Positions 26,177 to 35,138 of a stretch of 64,000 nt of DNA are shown one piece after another (the first letter of the stretch is position 1; each line of letters starts with the position of its first letter). Made by a program: the position numbers and the translations under genes. The notes under the pieces were generated by a model. That model was not told where the DNA came from, did not search any database, and was given only the letters and a program-made list of their open reading frames with translations. The stretch comes from an uncultured Dehalococcoidia bacterium (GTDB lineage Bacteria > Chloroflexota > Dehalococcoidia > GIF9 > UBA5629), in NCBI GenBank assembly GCA_937975645.1, contig CALJTV010000036.1, positions 39,622 to 103,621 on the forward strand, given 5' to 3'.

Positions 26177-27433
26177 ATGCACACCAAAAACATAGCCGTT
26201 CCCCGCCAGATCTGGCATGGGGAGAGTGAGCGTTACCTGGACTTTCCCGAGCCCTGGGAAATTTTCCTATGTCTGATGCAGGGACATAACATCCCCAGGG
26301 TCTCAGCGGACGACATCAGGTCTGCCCTAAAAACGCCAACTGGCAGTGCCCCCTTAACAGAACTGGCTAAAGGTAAGAACGAAATAGCCATAATATTCGA
26401 TGATATCTCCCGTCCCACCAGGGTCGCCGAAATTGTGCCGCACATCCTTGATGAACTCCACGCTGCTGGCATTCCGGACAGGGCGGTCAGGTTCATCTGC
26501 GCTACCGGCTGCCACGGCGCCCACACCTATCAGGACTTCCAGAAAAAGCTCGGCGCTGAGGTAATGGACAACTTCCCCGTCTACAACCACAACGTCTATG
26601 AAAACTGCACCTATGTGGGGGAGACGTCCCAGGGAACAAAGCTATCGGTCAACTCCGAGGTCATTGGCTGTGACTTGAAGATCGCCATCGGCTCGGTCGT
26701 TCCCCATCCCCAGACCGGATTCGGCGGGGGTGGCAAGATCGTCCTCCCAGGCATCGCCTCGATAGACTCCATCGAGGCTTTCCACCGCCTTGAATTCAAA
26801 GCGAGAGACGAGGGTAAATGGGGCATAGTCGGTCCGGGGAACTATGTTGACAACCCCATGGTCAAAGATTTCACCGAAGCTGCCAGGCTTGCCGGGCTAG
26901 ATTTCAAAATCGATACCCTAGTAAATGGCAAAGGTGAACCATGTGCCATCTTTGCCGGCGCCCCCGAGACAGTATACTACCAGGCAGTGAGCCTTGCCGC
27001 GAGTCACTACGCCACCAAGAGCATCCCCGATGCCGACATCGTTGTAGTCAACACCTATGCCAAGGGCAACGAAGCAATCGTTGGTCTGCTCATCGGCATA
27101 CCGATGCTGATGGCTAAGGGTGGTAACCTGGTGCTCATTATGGATTGTCCCACGGGCCAGGTGGTACACTACCTCCTTGGTAGCTTCGGCACCAGAACGA
27201 GGGGGCGCCTCTTCAATGCCGTGAGCTATAAGCTCCCCTGGCTTAAGAGAGTGATCGTCCTTTGCCCGCAGTTCGAAAAGTCCACCAAAGACTGGCTTGC
27301 CATCCCTGATGCCGTCTGGGTGAAGACCTGGGAGGAGGTTGTAGAAATACTGCGTGGCGACTTTCCTGGCAAAGCGAAAGTGGCTATCGTTCCCGATGGC
27401 ACTATACAGTACCTGGCTCCTCAGCAGACTTGA
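26177..27433 (+). CDS. LarA-like (lactate racemase N-terminal domain / DUF2088) protein
   Basis: 418 aa. 'IIFDDISRPT', 'ATGCHGAHT' and 'VVPHPQTGFGGGGKIVLPG' resemble the LarA nickel-pincer-cofactor binding region. Confidence 0.7.
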   Translation: MHTKNIAVPRQIWHGESERYLDFPEPWEIFLCLMQGHNIPRVSADDIRSALKTPTGSAPLTELAKGKNEIAIIFDDISRPTRVAEIVPHILDELHAAGIPDRAVRFICATGCHGAHTYQDFQKKLGAEVMDNFPVYNHNVYENCTYVGETSQGTKLSVNSEVIGCDLKIAIGSVVPHPQTGFGGGGKIVLPGIASIDSIEAFHRLEFKARDEGKWGIVGPGNYVDNPMVKDFTEAARLAGLDFKIDTLVNGKGEPCAIFAGAPETVYYQAVSLAASHYATKSIPDADIVVVNTYAKGNEAIVGLLIGIPMLMAKGGNLVLIMDCPTGQVVHYLLGSFGTRTRGRLFNAVSYKLPWLKRVIVLCPQFEKSTKDWLAIPDAVWVKTWEEVVEILRGDFPGKAKVAIVPDGTIQYLAPQQT

Positions 27434-28044
27434 TATCCGCGAGGCAGAAAGTGACATTAGCAGCTGACAGGATAGAACAGTTCAAATCGGAAGCCAGCCG
27501 GGCAGGCGCTAAAGTACAGGAGTTCGCCTCTTGGTCTGAAGCTATTGACTTCGTCATCGCTCTTGCCCAGCAGCATTCCGCCACCAGTGTGGTGATAGCC
27601 AATTCATCGCTCGCAGGACTCATTATGTTGGCACACCGGCTGATGAAAGAAGACTTGGAAGTGACCCGCGCCGAGCGCTGCAAATCGGAAAGCGAACAGC
27701 AGCAGCTTAGAGAGGCGTGCGTCCGGGCTGACATCGGCATCTCAGAAGCCACCACCGCCATTGCCGAGACTGGCACAGTGGTAATCGCCAGCAATGACGG
27801 CAGCTCACGTCTCATCGCAGTGCTACCCCGCCTTCACATCACGTTGGTTGAATGCAGAAACATCGTCACAGTTATGGAAGAGGCTATACTCAAAATAAAA
27901 TCGCTCGGCGGCACGCCGAACAGTCCTTTCCCCACTTACGTGACCTATATCACAGGAAGGAACACCACCGCCGACATCCCTGGTGCTCTGCTCGCTCGCG
28001 CCCAGGGTCCTGCCGAAGAGCATATTTTGCTGGTTCATTCTTAG
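27430..28044 (+). CDS. lutC: LUD-domain protein (LutC-like)
   Basis: 204 aa. '...GISEATTAIAETGTVVI...' is a LUD-type motif. Its TTG start overlaps the LarA-like TGA (TTGA). Confidence 0.65.
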   Translation: MISARQKVTLAADRIEQFKSEASRAGAKVQEFASWSEAIDFVIALAQQHSATSVVIANSSLAGLIMLAHRLMKEDLEVTRAERCKSESEQQQLREACVRADIGISEATTAIAETGTVVIASNDGSSRLIAVLPRLHITLVECRNIVTVMEEAILKIKSLGGTPNSPFPTYVTYITGRNTTADIPGALLARAQGPAEEHILLVHS

Positions 28045-28059
28045 ACCGGGGATAGAAAA

Positions 28060-30219
28060 ATGTCACGAAATATCTCCCAGCAGGTTACCAGGGCGCTCAG
28101 CGACCAGAACCTGCAGACGGCGCTCTCCAGGCTTGTCTCCCTCATCAAAATGGGCAGACAGATAGCTTTTGCCGGCGTGGACTTCGATGGCTTGAGCCGC
28201 GAGGTCCGCAGGGTGAAAGAGAGGGCGATAGATAGCCTCCCGATGTTGGCAGATGAGTTCAAGAGGCAGGCGACCGCGTCCGGTGCCATTGTATATGAGG
28301 CAAAGGACGCCGGGGAGGCAAATGCCTATGTGCTCAACCTGGCACGACGAAAAGGGATAAAACGCATCGTTAAATCAAAGTCTATGCTCACCGAAGAGAT
28401 CGGTCTCCGGGAGCACCTGGAAAGACAGGCCATCGAGGTCACCGAGACCGACATTGGAGAGTGGATTGTGCAACTTGCCGCAGAAAGACCAGCCCACCTC
28501 GTCGGTCCGGCAATACACAAGACCATCGAACAGGTAGCTGAACTTTTTTCTAAAGCCACAGGACAGAAGTTGGACCCCGAGCCACAGCTCCTGCTCGACG
28601 TCGCACGCAATACACTGCGACAGCACTATATTGATGCCCAGCTGGGTATCTCCGGCGCCAACATGGCAATCGCCGAGACCGGTACCCTAGCTATAGTCAC
28701 CAACGAGGGCAACGGCTGCATGGTGACCACACTACCACCAGTACATGTAGCCGTGGTGGGCTACGAGAAGATAGTCGCCACTTGGGAAGACACCGTTGCC
28801 ATACTTCGTCTCCTCAGCCGCTGCACCACCGGCATGAAGATGCCAGTTTACGTTTCCTATATCACCGGACCCAGCCGCATTATCGCCCCGCCGGGCACAC
28901 CCACCGCCGGTGCCACAGGTCCTGCCGAGCTCCATATTGTCCTTGTAGATAACGGTCGCTGGCGGATGTGGCAGTCCCCAGATTTCAGAGAAGCCCTCTA
29001 CTGTATCAAATGCGGTGCCTGCCTCAATGTCTGCCCCGTCTTCGCCTCCGTTGCCGGCCAGACCTATGGCTATATCTATCAGGGTGGCATCGGTGCCATA
29101 CTGACCGCCTTTCATCACGGTTTGGACAAGGCGCGCGGCCCCACCAGCCTCTGCCTCGGCTGCATGGCCTGCAAAGAGGCATGCCCCGCCCGCATTGACA
29201 TACCCCAGCTCGTGCTCCGGCTTAAAGCTATGATCGCCGACAAGAAGGGACTGCCCCTTCTTGACCGCTTTATTTACGGCACCTTCCTCAAACATCCCCA
29301 GCGTCTGGACAGCGCCGCAAAGGCAATATATTACCTCGAAAAGCGCTTCGCCGAGCCCGATTCTATGGTGCGTCACCTGCCGCGCCCCTTGAACAAACTG
29401 ACTGACACCATCTCATTACCAACCGTATCTTCGAGACCACTACGTCAACGGCTGTCACGCCTTTCCCGCCCTAGCAACACCACCCAACCCAAAGTAGCCC
29501 TCTTTGCCGGCTGCATCGGCAACTACATCTACCCAGAGACCTGTGAGCAAGCGGTGATAACACTGCGGAAGTGCGGCGCCGACGTCTATTTTCCCATCGA
29601 CCAGGGCTGCTGCGGTGCCCCGGCGTACTTCTCTGGCGAAACCGCCGCCAGCCTCGCCCTTGCGGAGACCAACATCACTGCACTGGAAGAGTTTAGCCCT
29701 GACTATATCGTCACCCTCTGCCCCGGCTGCGCTGTAATGCTCAAACAAAAATACCTTTCCCTCACCAGCGAAAATCCCTCCCTTAATCATCGGGCTCAGG
29801 TGGTAGCCGACAAGGTGCGCGACTATTCCCAGCTCATGCTCCAGCTTACAACCGGCACCACACCGGCAATGCCCGCAGGACAAAAGGTCACCTACCACGA
29901 CCCCTGCCACCTGAAACGGGGACTGGGCATAGCCAACGAGCCCAGAGAACTCCTGAAGCGCCTGGGGTACGAAATTGTGGAAATGGCTGACTGCGATGCC
30001 TGCTGTGGCTTTGGCGGCAGGGTGGTGCTCGACTATCCACAGCTATCAGCTTCGGTGCTCAAGCGAAAGCTGGACGCCATTGAAGCCACCGGCACCACCG
30101 TGGTCACAAGCTGCCTCCCCTGTGTCCTACAACTGCGCGGCGGCTTGGACAAGCGCCACAGCCCCATCAAAGCCCTCCATATCGCCGACCTTGTGGCAGG
30201 GTACAGCCCACCCAGCTAA
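28060..30219 (+). CDS. LutB-like (LUD + 2x[4Fe-4S]) fused to LutA-like CCG-domain Fe-S oxidoreductase
   Basis: CIKCGACLNVCP and CLGCMACKEACP are followed by two CCG motifs (CCGAPAYFSG, CCGFGG). The 719-aa length equals LutB plus LutA. Confidence 0.75.
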   Translation: MSRNISQQVTRALSDQNLQTALSRLVSLIKMGRQIAFAGVDFDGLSREVRRVKERAIDSLPMLADEFKRQATASGAIVYEAKDAGEANAYVLNLARRKGIKRIVKSKSMLTEEIGLREHLERQAIEVTETDIGEWIVQLAAERPAHLVGPAIHKTIEQVAELFSKATGQKLDPEPQLLLDVARNTLRQHYIDAQLGISGANMAIAETGTLAIVTNEGNGCMVTTLPPVHVAVVGYEKIVATWEDTVAILRLLSRCTTGMKMPVYVSYITGPSRIIAPPGTPTAGATGPAELHIVLVDNGRWRMWQSPDFREALYCIKCGACLNVCPVFASVAGQTYGYIYQGGIGAILTAFHHGLDKARGPTSLCLGCMACKEACPARIDIPQLVLRLKAMIADKKGLPLLDRFIYGTFLKHPQRLDSAAKAIYYLEKRFAEPDSMVRHLPRPLNKLTDTISLPTVSSRPLRQRLSRLSRPSNTTQPKVALFAGCIGNYIYPETCEQAVITLRKCGADVYFPIDQGCCGAPAYFSGETAASLALAETNITALEEFSPDYIVTLCPGCAVMLKQKYLSLTSENPSLNHRAQVVADKVRDYSQLMLQLTTGTTPAMPAGQKVTYHDPCHLKRGLGIANEPRELLKRLGYEIVEMADCDACCGFGGRVVLDYPQLSASVLKRKLDAIEATGTTVVTSCLPCVLQLRGGLDKRHSPIKALHIADLVAGYSPPS

Positions 30220-30244
30220 CCAAATCGGTAATCATCTACGACCG

Positions 30245-30273
30245 TTGACAAGCTGTGTTGTGGGTGATAGAGT
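30245..30273 (+). promoter_or_regulatory. Putative sigma70 promoter TTGACA-17-TAGAGT
   Basis: TTGACA lies at 30245-30250 and TAGAGT at 30268-30273. An inverted TGTCAA follows the -10 box. Confidence 0.5.
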
Positions 30274-30300
30274 GTCAACAACAACTGCTGGGGGTGTGAC

Positions 30301-30624
30301 GTGAAACAGCTTTCGCCAGCTCTGCTACATGTGATTATCTGGGTGCCGTGGGCTATCCTGATGATAATTGGCTGGACTGTATCCCCCTTTCCCAACGGGG
30401 CTTTCGGCGCTGTCTCGGGCTGGTTCTCCGCGGGGCTGCTCAGCCTTGGCATCCTTTCAGCCGGGCTTTTCTCTGCCGGGGTCTATTCGGCAGGGCTATT
30501 CTCCGTCGGCATTTTTTCAGCCGGTATGTTCTCAGTAGGCATCTTTTCATTCGGCACCTACTCCATCGGCATCTGGGCATCAGGGCAATACCCTATAGGT
30601 ATCTTCACTGGCAAGCTGAAGTAG
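30301..30624 (+). CDS. Small membrane protein composed of hydrophobic pentapeptide repeats
   Basis: 107 aa with a GTG start. One N-terminal TM-like segment is followed by 12 x [F/L/Y/W]-S-x-G-hydrophobic repeats. Confidence 0.55.
   Translation: MKQLSPALLHVIIWVPWAILMIIGWTVSPFPNGAFGAVSGWFSAGLLSLGILSAGLFSAGVYSAGLFSVGIFSAGMFSVGIFSFGTYSIGIWASGQYPIGIFTGKLK
30424..30603 (+). repeat. 12 tandem 15-nt (pentapeptide) coding repeats
   Basis: FSAGL LSLGI LSAGL FSAGV YSAGL FSVGI FSAGM FSVGI FSFGT YSIGI WASGQ YPIGI, read directly from the sequence. Confidence 0.85.
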
Positions 30625-30744
30625 CCGTGGCAAGACCACAACAATAGGCACGGCATCCGTGCATTGCGGGAACACAAAGGGCTAATCCACTTGCGAAGCT
30701 GTTATTTGTTTTAAGATCCCGCTAGTGGCATACTAAATGCCGCT

Positions 30745-31311
30745 GTGTCTGAAATCGGCATACTTTCGCTTTTGCTCATTGCCTTAGGGTTATCTCCCGA
30801 CTGCTTTGCCGTCGCTCTTAGTGGCAGCACCACCATCAAGTCAACATCCCGAATTCCCATGTTCCGCATGGCGTTGGCTTTCGGTCTTTTTCAGGCAGGG
30901 ATGCCAGTGCTTGGCTGGCTCGCCGGACAGACAGTGGTGGATATGGTGGCTGCCTATGATCACTGGGTGGCTTTTGCACTCCTGGCACTCATCGGCGGCA
31001 GGATGGTCTGGGAATCTTTCCGGGGCGAAGCCGAAAGAAAGCACACCGACATCACCAAGGGTGCCATGCTGCTCGGGCTTGCCATCGCCACCAGCATCGA
31101 CGCCCTGGCGATGGGACTGGTGTTCGCCTTCATTAGGGTGAACCTGCTCCTCGCCTGTCTAATCATCGGCATCATCGCCTTCGCTATGACTATAGCCGGC
31201 TATATAGTAGGGAGAAAAGCTGGCACCTATCTTGGAAAGTATGCCGAACTCGGCGGTGGTGTTATCCTCATAGCTATCGGACTTCGAGTCCTGCTCAGCC
31301 ACCTCCTTTAG
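30745..31311 (+). CDS. mntP: Manganese efflux pump MntP family
   Basis: 188 aa. '...LGLSPDCFAVALSGS...' and the repeated 'SIDALAMG' half are typical of MntP. Confidence 0.8.
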   Translation: MSEIGILSLLLIALGLSPDCFAVALSGSTTIKSTSRIPMFRMALAFGLFQAGMPVLGWLAGQTVVDMVAAYDHWVAFALLALIGGRMVWESFRGEAERKHTDITKGAMLLGLAIATSIDALAMGLVFAFIRVNLLLACLIIGIIAFAMTIAGYIVGRKAGTYLGKYAELGGGVILIAIGLRVLLSHLL

Positions 31312-32173
31312 TCCCCACCTCACGCGCCACCAGCTCCCGGTAAGCCGTCATCAACCGCATCGTTACCGGTCCCGGCTTGCCATCGCCAATAGCTCTGCCT
31401 TCAACCTGTGTCAGCGGCATGACCTCGATTATAGAGCTGGTGAGAAATGCCTCTTCAGCCCTGAGCAACTCCTCAAACCCCAGGTCTACCACCCTAAAGC
31501 CTATGCCCAGAGTCTGTGCTAACCCCAGTACCACCTCTCTGGTCACTCCGGGCAGAGCTCCGCTTTCCGTTGGCGGCGTGTACAGTACACCGCTTCTCAC
31601 CAGGAAAATATTGCTGGCGCTGCACTCAACAACTAGTCCCCGTTCATTGAGCAACACGGCTTCTTCAGCACCTGCAGCCCGAGCTTCACTTCGGGCAAGG
31701 ACGTTTTCCAGCCATGACGTGCTCTTGTGTTGCGACGAAGGCGAGCGGCTGTTGCGTCTTATCGAGGAAATTACTACATGATAGCCGCGCTGGTATACCT
31801 CACCAGCCAAAGGTGCCAACTTTCTGGCAACTATAAACACCGTCGGTTCACGGCAGGTAGCCGGGTCAGGGACTATCTCCCCTTCCCCGGTAGACACGGT
31901 AAGCCTGATACGGGCATCGCTTAAACCGTTCGCCTTCAATACCTGGTAGCAGGCGTTTCCTAAATCAAAGTTGCCCAACTTCGAAACCATCCCCAATGCT
32001 TCGGCTGATTTCATCAACCTGGCAAGATGGGACTCCAGACGAAATATGTGCCCATCGTAAGAACGCATCGTCTCGAAGAGACCGAAACCGAGAAGAAAAC
32101 CATAATCGAACGCCGAGACCTTTGCCTCGAAAGCTGGCACTAGCCTACCATTAAGATATACGGTTTCCGTCAT
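31295..32173 (-). CDS. pabC: Class IV aminotransferase, probable aminodeoxychorismate lyase
   Basis: The fold-type IV sequence begins MTETVYLNGRLVP...FDYGFLLGFGLFETMR. It lies directly downstream of pabB-pabA. The start is set at ATG 32173, behind AAGGGGGA. Confidence 0.7.
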   Translation of the reverse strand: MTETVYLNGRLVPAFEAKVSAFDYGFLLGFGLFETMRSYDGHIFRLESHLARLMKSAEALGMVSKLGNFDLGNACYQVLKANGLSDARIRLTVSTGEGEIVPDPATCREPTVFIVARKLAPLAGEVYQRGYHVVISSIRRNSRSPSSQHKSTSWLENVLARSEARAAGAEEAVLLNERGLVVECSASNIFLVRSGVLYTPPTESGALPGVTREVVLGLAQTLGIGFRVVDLGFEELLRAEEAFLTSSIIEVMPLTQVEGRAIGDGKPGPVTMRLMTAYRELVAREVGTKGGG

Positions 32174-32184
32174 AAATTCCCCCT

Positions 32185-32763
32185 TTACCACACTGGCTTA
32201 GTGAAACTTAGGAAGTTAGCTAGCAAATTATGTCCCACCTTGGTAAGTATCGATTCCGGGTGCACCTGTATCCCCTCGACCACATAGCGTTTATGTCTTA
32301 TCCCCATTATTTCACCGTCCTCAGTCTCGGCAGTTATCTCAAGGCAGTCCGGCAACCCATCTTTTTTGACCACTAGCGAGTGGTAGCGGGCAGCAGGGAA
32401 AGGGTTTTCTATACCACGATAAATAGACTTCCCGTCGTGGTATATCAGCGAGGTCTTGCCGTGTGTCGGCACCCGCGCCCGTCCCACAATGCCGCCATAA
32501 ACATAGCCGATGCACTGGTGCCCTAGACAGACACCGAGAACAGGTATCTTGCCACCGAAATACCTGACCACATCGTTAGAGACTCCGGCTTCCAGCGGGG
32601 TGCACGGTCCTGGGGATATTACTATATGGCTTGGGGCAAGAGACTCTATTTCCTCTAAAGTGACCGCGTCATTGCGATATACCGCAGGCTCCCAACCCAG
32701 CTCCCCTAAATATTGAGCCAGATTATAGACAAAAGAATCGTAATTATCAATTACCAGTACCAT
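32185..32763 (-). CDS. pabA: Aminodeoxychorismate/anthranilate synthase component II (glutamine amidotransferase)
   Basis: MVLVIDNYDSFVYNLAQYL...GVCLGHQ. Confidence 0.8.
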   Translation of the reverse strand: MVLVIDNYDSFVYNLAQYLGELGWEPAVYRNDAVTLEEIESLAPSHIVISPGPCTPLEAGVSNDVVRYFGGKIPVLGVCLGHQCIGYVYGGIVGRARVPTHGKTSLIYHDGKSIYRGIENPFPAARYHSLVVKKDGLPDCLEITAETEDGEIMGIRHKRYVVEGIQVHPESILTKVGHNLLANFLSFTKPVW

Positions 32764-34211
32764 CAGGTCTGCACCGCCACCCTGGGCGCCAGCCGCAGTG
32801 CCTGCACAAGCGCCTTAGCCTTGTCCAGCGTCTCCTGATATTCCGCTTCAGGTTCGGAATCATACACAATGCCACCCCCAACTTGGAAATAAGCCCTGTC
32901 GCCCTTTACCAGGATGGTGCGAATGACTATGTTGAAATCCATGTTGCTACCGAAGCTCAAATAACCAATGGAGCCCGTGTATACGCTCCTCCTGGTCGGC
33001 TCAAGCTCATCGATGATCTCCATAGCCCTTACCTTGGGCGCACCTGTGATGGAGCCGCCCGGAAAGCAGGCTTTGAGCAGGTCGATGCGCGTCTTGCCCG
33101 GGCGCAACCTCCCGACCACAGTCGAGGTGAGGTGGAACACGGTGGGGAAAACTTCCAGGATAGCCAGCTCAGTCACCCTTACCGTACCATAGCAGCAGAC
33201 TTTGCCCAGGTCGTTCCGCTCCAGGTCTACAATCATCACATTCTCCGCGCGGTCCTTTATACTGCCCAGTAGTTCCTGTGCCAGTCTCTCATCCTCTTCG
33301 GGCGTCCTGCCCCGTGGCCTGGTGCCCTTTATAGGCCTGGTCTCCACCCAGTCACCTTCAACACGCAAGAACCTCTCCGGAGACGCGCTCACAATGGTCA
33401 CCTCGTCAAAGTTGAGGTAGCTAGCGAATGGTGCCGGGTTTATCCCACGCAGACGCCGGTAAAGCTCGTAAGGGTGCACGGTCAGTTTGGCTTCAAACCG
33501 CTGCGACAGATTGACCTGAAAGACATCGCCAGCAGCAATGTAGTCCCTGACCTTTTGTACGGCTTGTATGTAGCCGTCCGGAGTAAAATTGGACCTGACC
33601 ACCAGCTCACGCCCCTCTTCTGCCCCACGCCCAACATCTTCAGGCTTTTGCATTCTGTACCTACACGACAGCCTGTATTCCATCTCCTCAAGCCTTACCT
33701 GCGCACGCCTTAACCTGTGCATTTTATCAAGCTCCGGAAGACCGGTGGAGATGACATAACACCTCTTCTCCAGATTGTCGAATGCCAGAAGAGCGTCATA
33801 GAACCCGAAATAGCTTTCCGGTAACTGAAGGTCATCCACAGCCGAGGTGGGCAGACGCTCAATGAAGTGGCACAGGTCGTAAGCTAGGTAGCCCACAGCA
33901 CCACCAATAAAGGGGACCGGGGCAGGATAGTCACCAACTCTGTATTTATCAAGCAGGCTGCCGAGGAAATCAAAGGGGTTACCATCAAACCTCCGCTCAC
34001 CTTCCTCCGTGAGAATGCTGATTTCTGTGCCCCGGCTTTTCAACACCATGAAAGGGTCAACGCCGATGAAGGAAAATCTGCCCAGCCTTTGAGGGTCCAT
34101 GCCGCTATCAAGGAACACGGCGTGCCGCTCCTGGTAGAAACGATCGAAAGCCTCTAGCGGCGATAGCCAGCCTGGCAGCTCTTCAATCAACGGAAAACAA
34201 TTTTTGTCCAT
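32763..34211 (-). CDS. pabB: Aminodeoxychorismate synthase component I
   Basis: 482 aa with a chorismate-binding domain (…GGSITGAPKVRAMEII…). Confidence 0.8.
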   Translation of the reverse strand: MDKNCFPLIEELPGWLSPLEAFDRFYQERHAVFLDSGMDPQRLGRFSFIGVDPFMVLKSRGTEISILTEEGERRFDGNPFDFLGSLLDKYRVGDYPAPVPFIGGAVGYLAYDLCHFIERLPTSAVDDLQLPESYFGFYDALLAFDNLEKRCYVISTGLPELDKMHRLRRAQVRLEEMEYRLSCRYRMQKPEDVGRGAEEGRELVVRSNFTPDGYIQAVQKVRDYIAAGDVFQVNLSQRFEAKLTVHPYELYRRLRGINPAPFASYLNFDEVTIVSASPERFLRVEGDWVETRPIKGTRPRGRTPEEDERLAQELLGSIKDRAENVMIVDLERNDLGKVCCYGTVRVTELAILEVFPTVFHLTSTVVGRLRPGKTRIDLLKACFPGGSITGAPKVRAMEIIDELEPTRRSVYTGSIGYLSFGSNMDFNIVIRTILVKGDRAYFQVGGGIVYDSEPEAEYQETLDKAKALVQALRLAPRVAVQT

Positions 34212-34232
34212 TCGGAGCTAGCCTCTCCTGAC

Positions 34233-35108
34233 TTAACTGCTGAGAACCTTTTTCATGGTCACACCGATCTCGGCCGGACTACGCGCGATGGTTGCCCCCG
34301 CAGCCTCCAAGGCTGCTATCTTGTCCTGCGCCCGCCCTGAACTGCCACTTATGATGGCACCGGCATGTCCCATCCTCCTACCGGGCGGAGCCGTTACCCC
34401 AGCAACGAAGGCGACCACCGGCTTGGTCATTTTTTCCTTTATGAAAGCAGCCGCCTCCTGCTCCGCGGTACCACCGATCTCGCCTATCAGCACCACAGCC
34501 TCCGTACCTTCATCCTGCTGGAAAAGCTGCAAAATGTCAACAAAGGTGCTGCCGGGCAATGGGTCACCACCGATGCCCACGCAGGTTGACTGCCCGATCC
34601 CTAGCGCGGTCAACTGCGCCACCGCTTCATATGTAAGCGTGCCGCTACGAGATACCACACCGACCTTTCCCGACATGTGTATCTCGCCGACCATAATACC
34701 TACCTTGCACTTACCTGGCGAGATCACACCAGGACAATTAGGACCGATAAGCCTCGTCGGCTTGCCCTTAAGATAACGGTGTACCATCACCATGTCAAGC
34801 ACCGGGATCCCCTCGGTAATACACACCACCAGCGGAATTCCAGCATCCGCCGCCTCCAAAATAGCATCGGCGGCAAAGGGTGCCGGCACGAAGATGATGC
34901 TGGCATTGGCACCGGTCTCTTTCACCGCTGCCTCTACCGTATTGAAGACGGGCACCCCGAAGACGGTGCTGCCACCTTTACCGGGCGTGACACCAGCTAC
35001 CACCTTGGTGCCGTACTCAATGCACCTCTGAGTATGAAAACTGCCCTCTCCCCCGGTTATCCCCTGCACCAGCAACCTTGTATTTTCGTCGACAAGTATG
35101 CTCACCAT
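34233..35108 (-). CDS. sucD: Succinate--CoA ligase subunit alpha
   Basis: The sequence is highly conserved (…GHAGAIISG…). Confidence 0.9.
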   Translation of the reverse strand: MVSILVDENTRLLVQGITGGEGSFHTQRCIEYGTKVVAGVTPGKGGSTVFGVPVFNTVEAAVKETGANASIIFVPAPFAADAILEAADAGIPLVVCITEGIPVLDMVMVHRYLKGKPTRLIGPNCPGVISPGKCKVGIMVGEIHMSGKVGVVSRSGTLTYEAVAQLTALGIGQSTCVGIGGDPLPGSTFVDILQLFQQDEGTEAVVLIGEIGGTAEQEAAAFIKEKMTKPVVAFVAGVTAPPGRRMGHAGAIISGSSGRAQDKIAALEAAGATIARSPAEIGVTMKKVLSS

Positions 35109-35138
35109 GCACCTCCAGTGTCGCCGTAAGCAGGTACT

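Noticed and set aside
30625-30744. A possible yybP-ykoY manganese riboswitch upstream of mntP.
   Set aside because: I looked for the conserved core (GGGGAGUAG-type and paired conserved bulges) and did not see it. Only short hairpins are present (GCACGG-cat-CCGTGC and GTGGCAT-actaa-ATGCCGC). An Infernal scan would be the decisive check.
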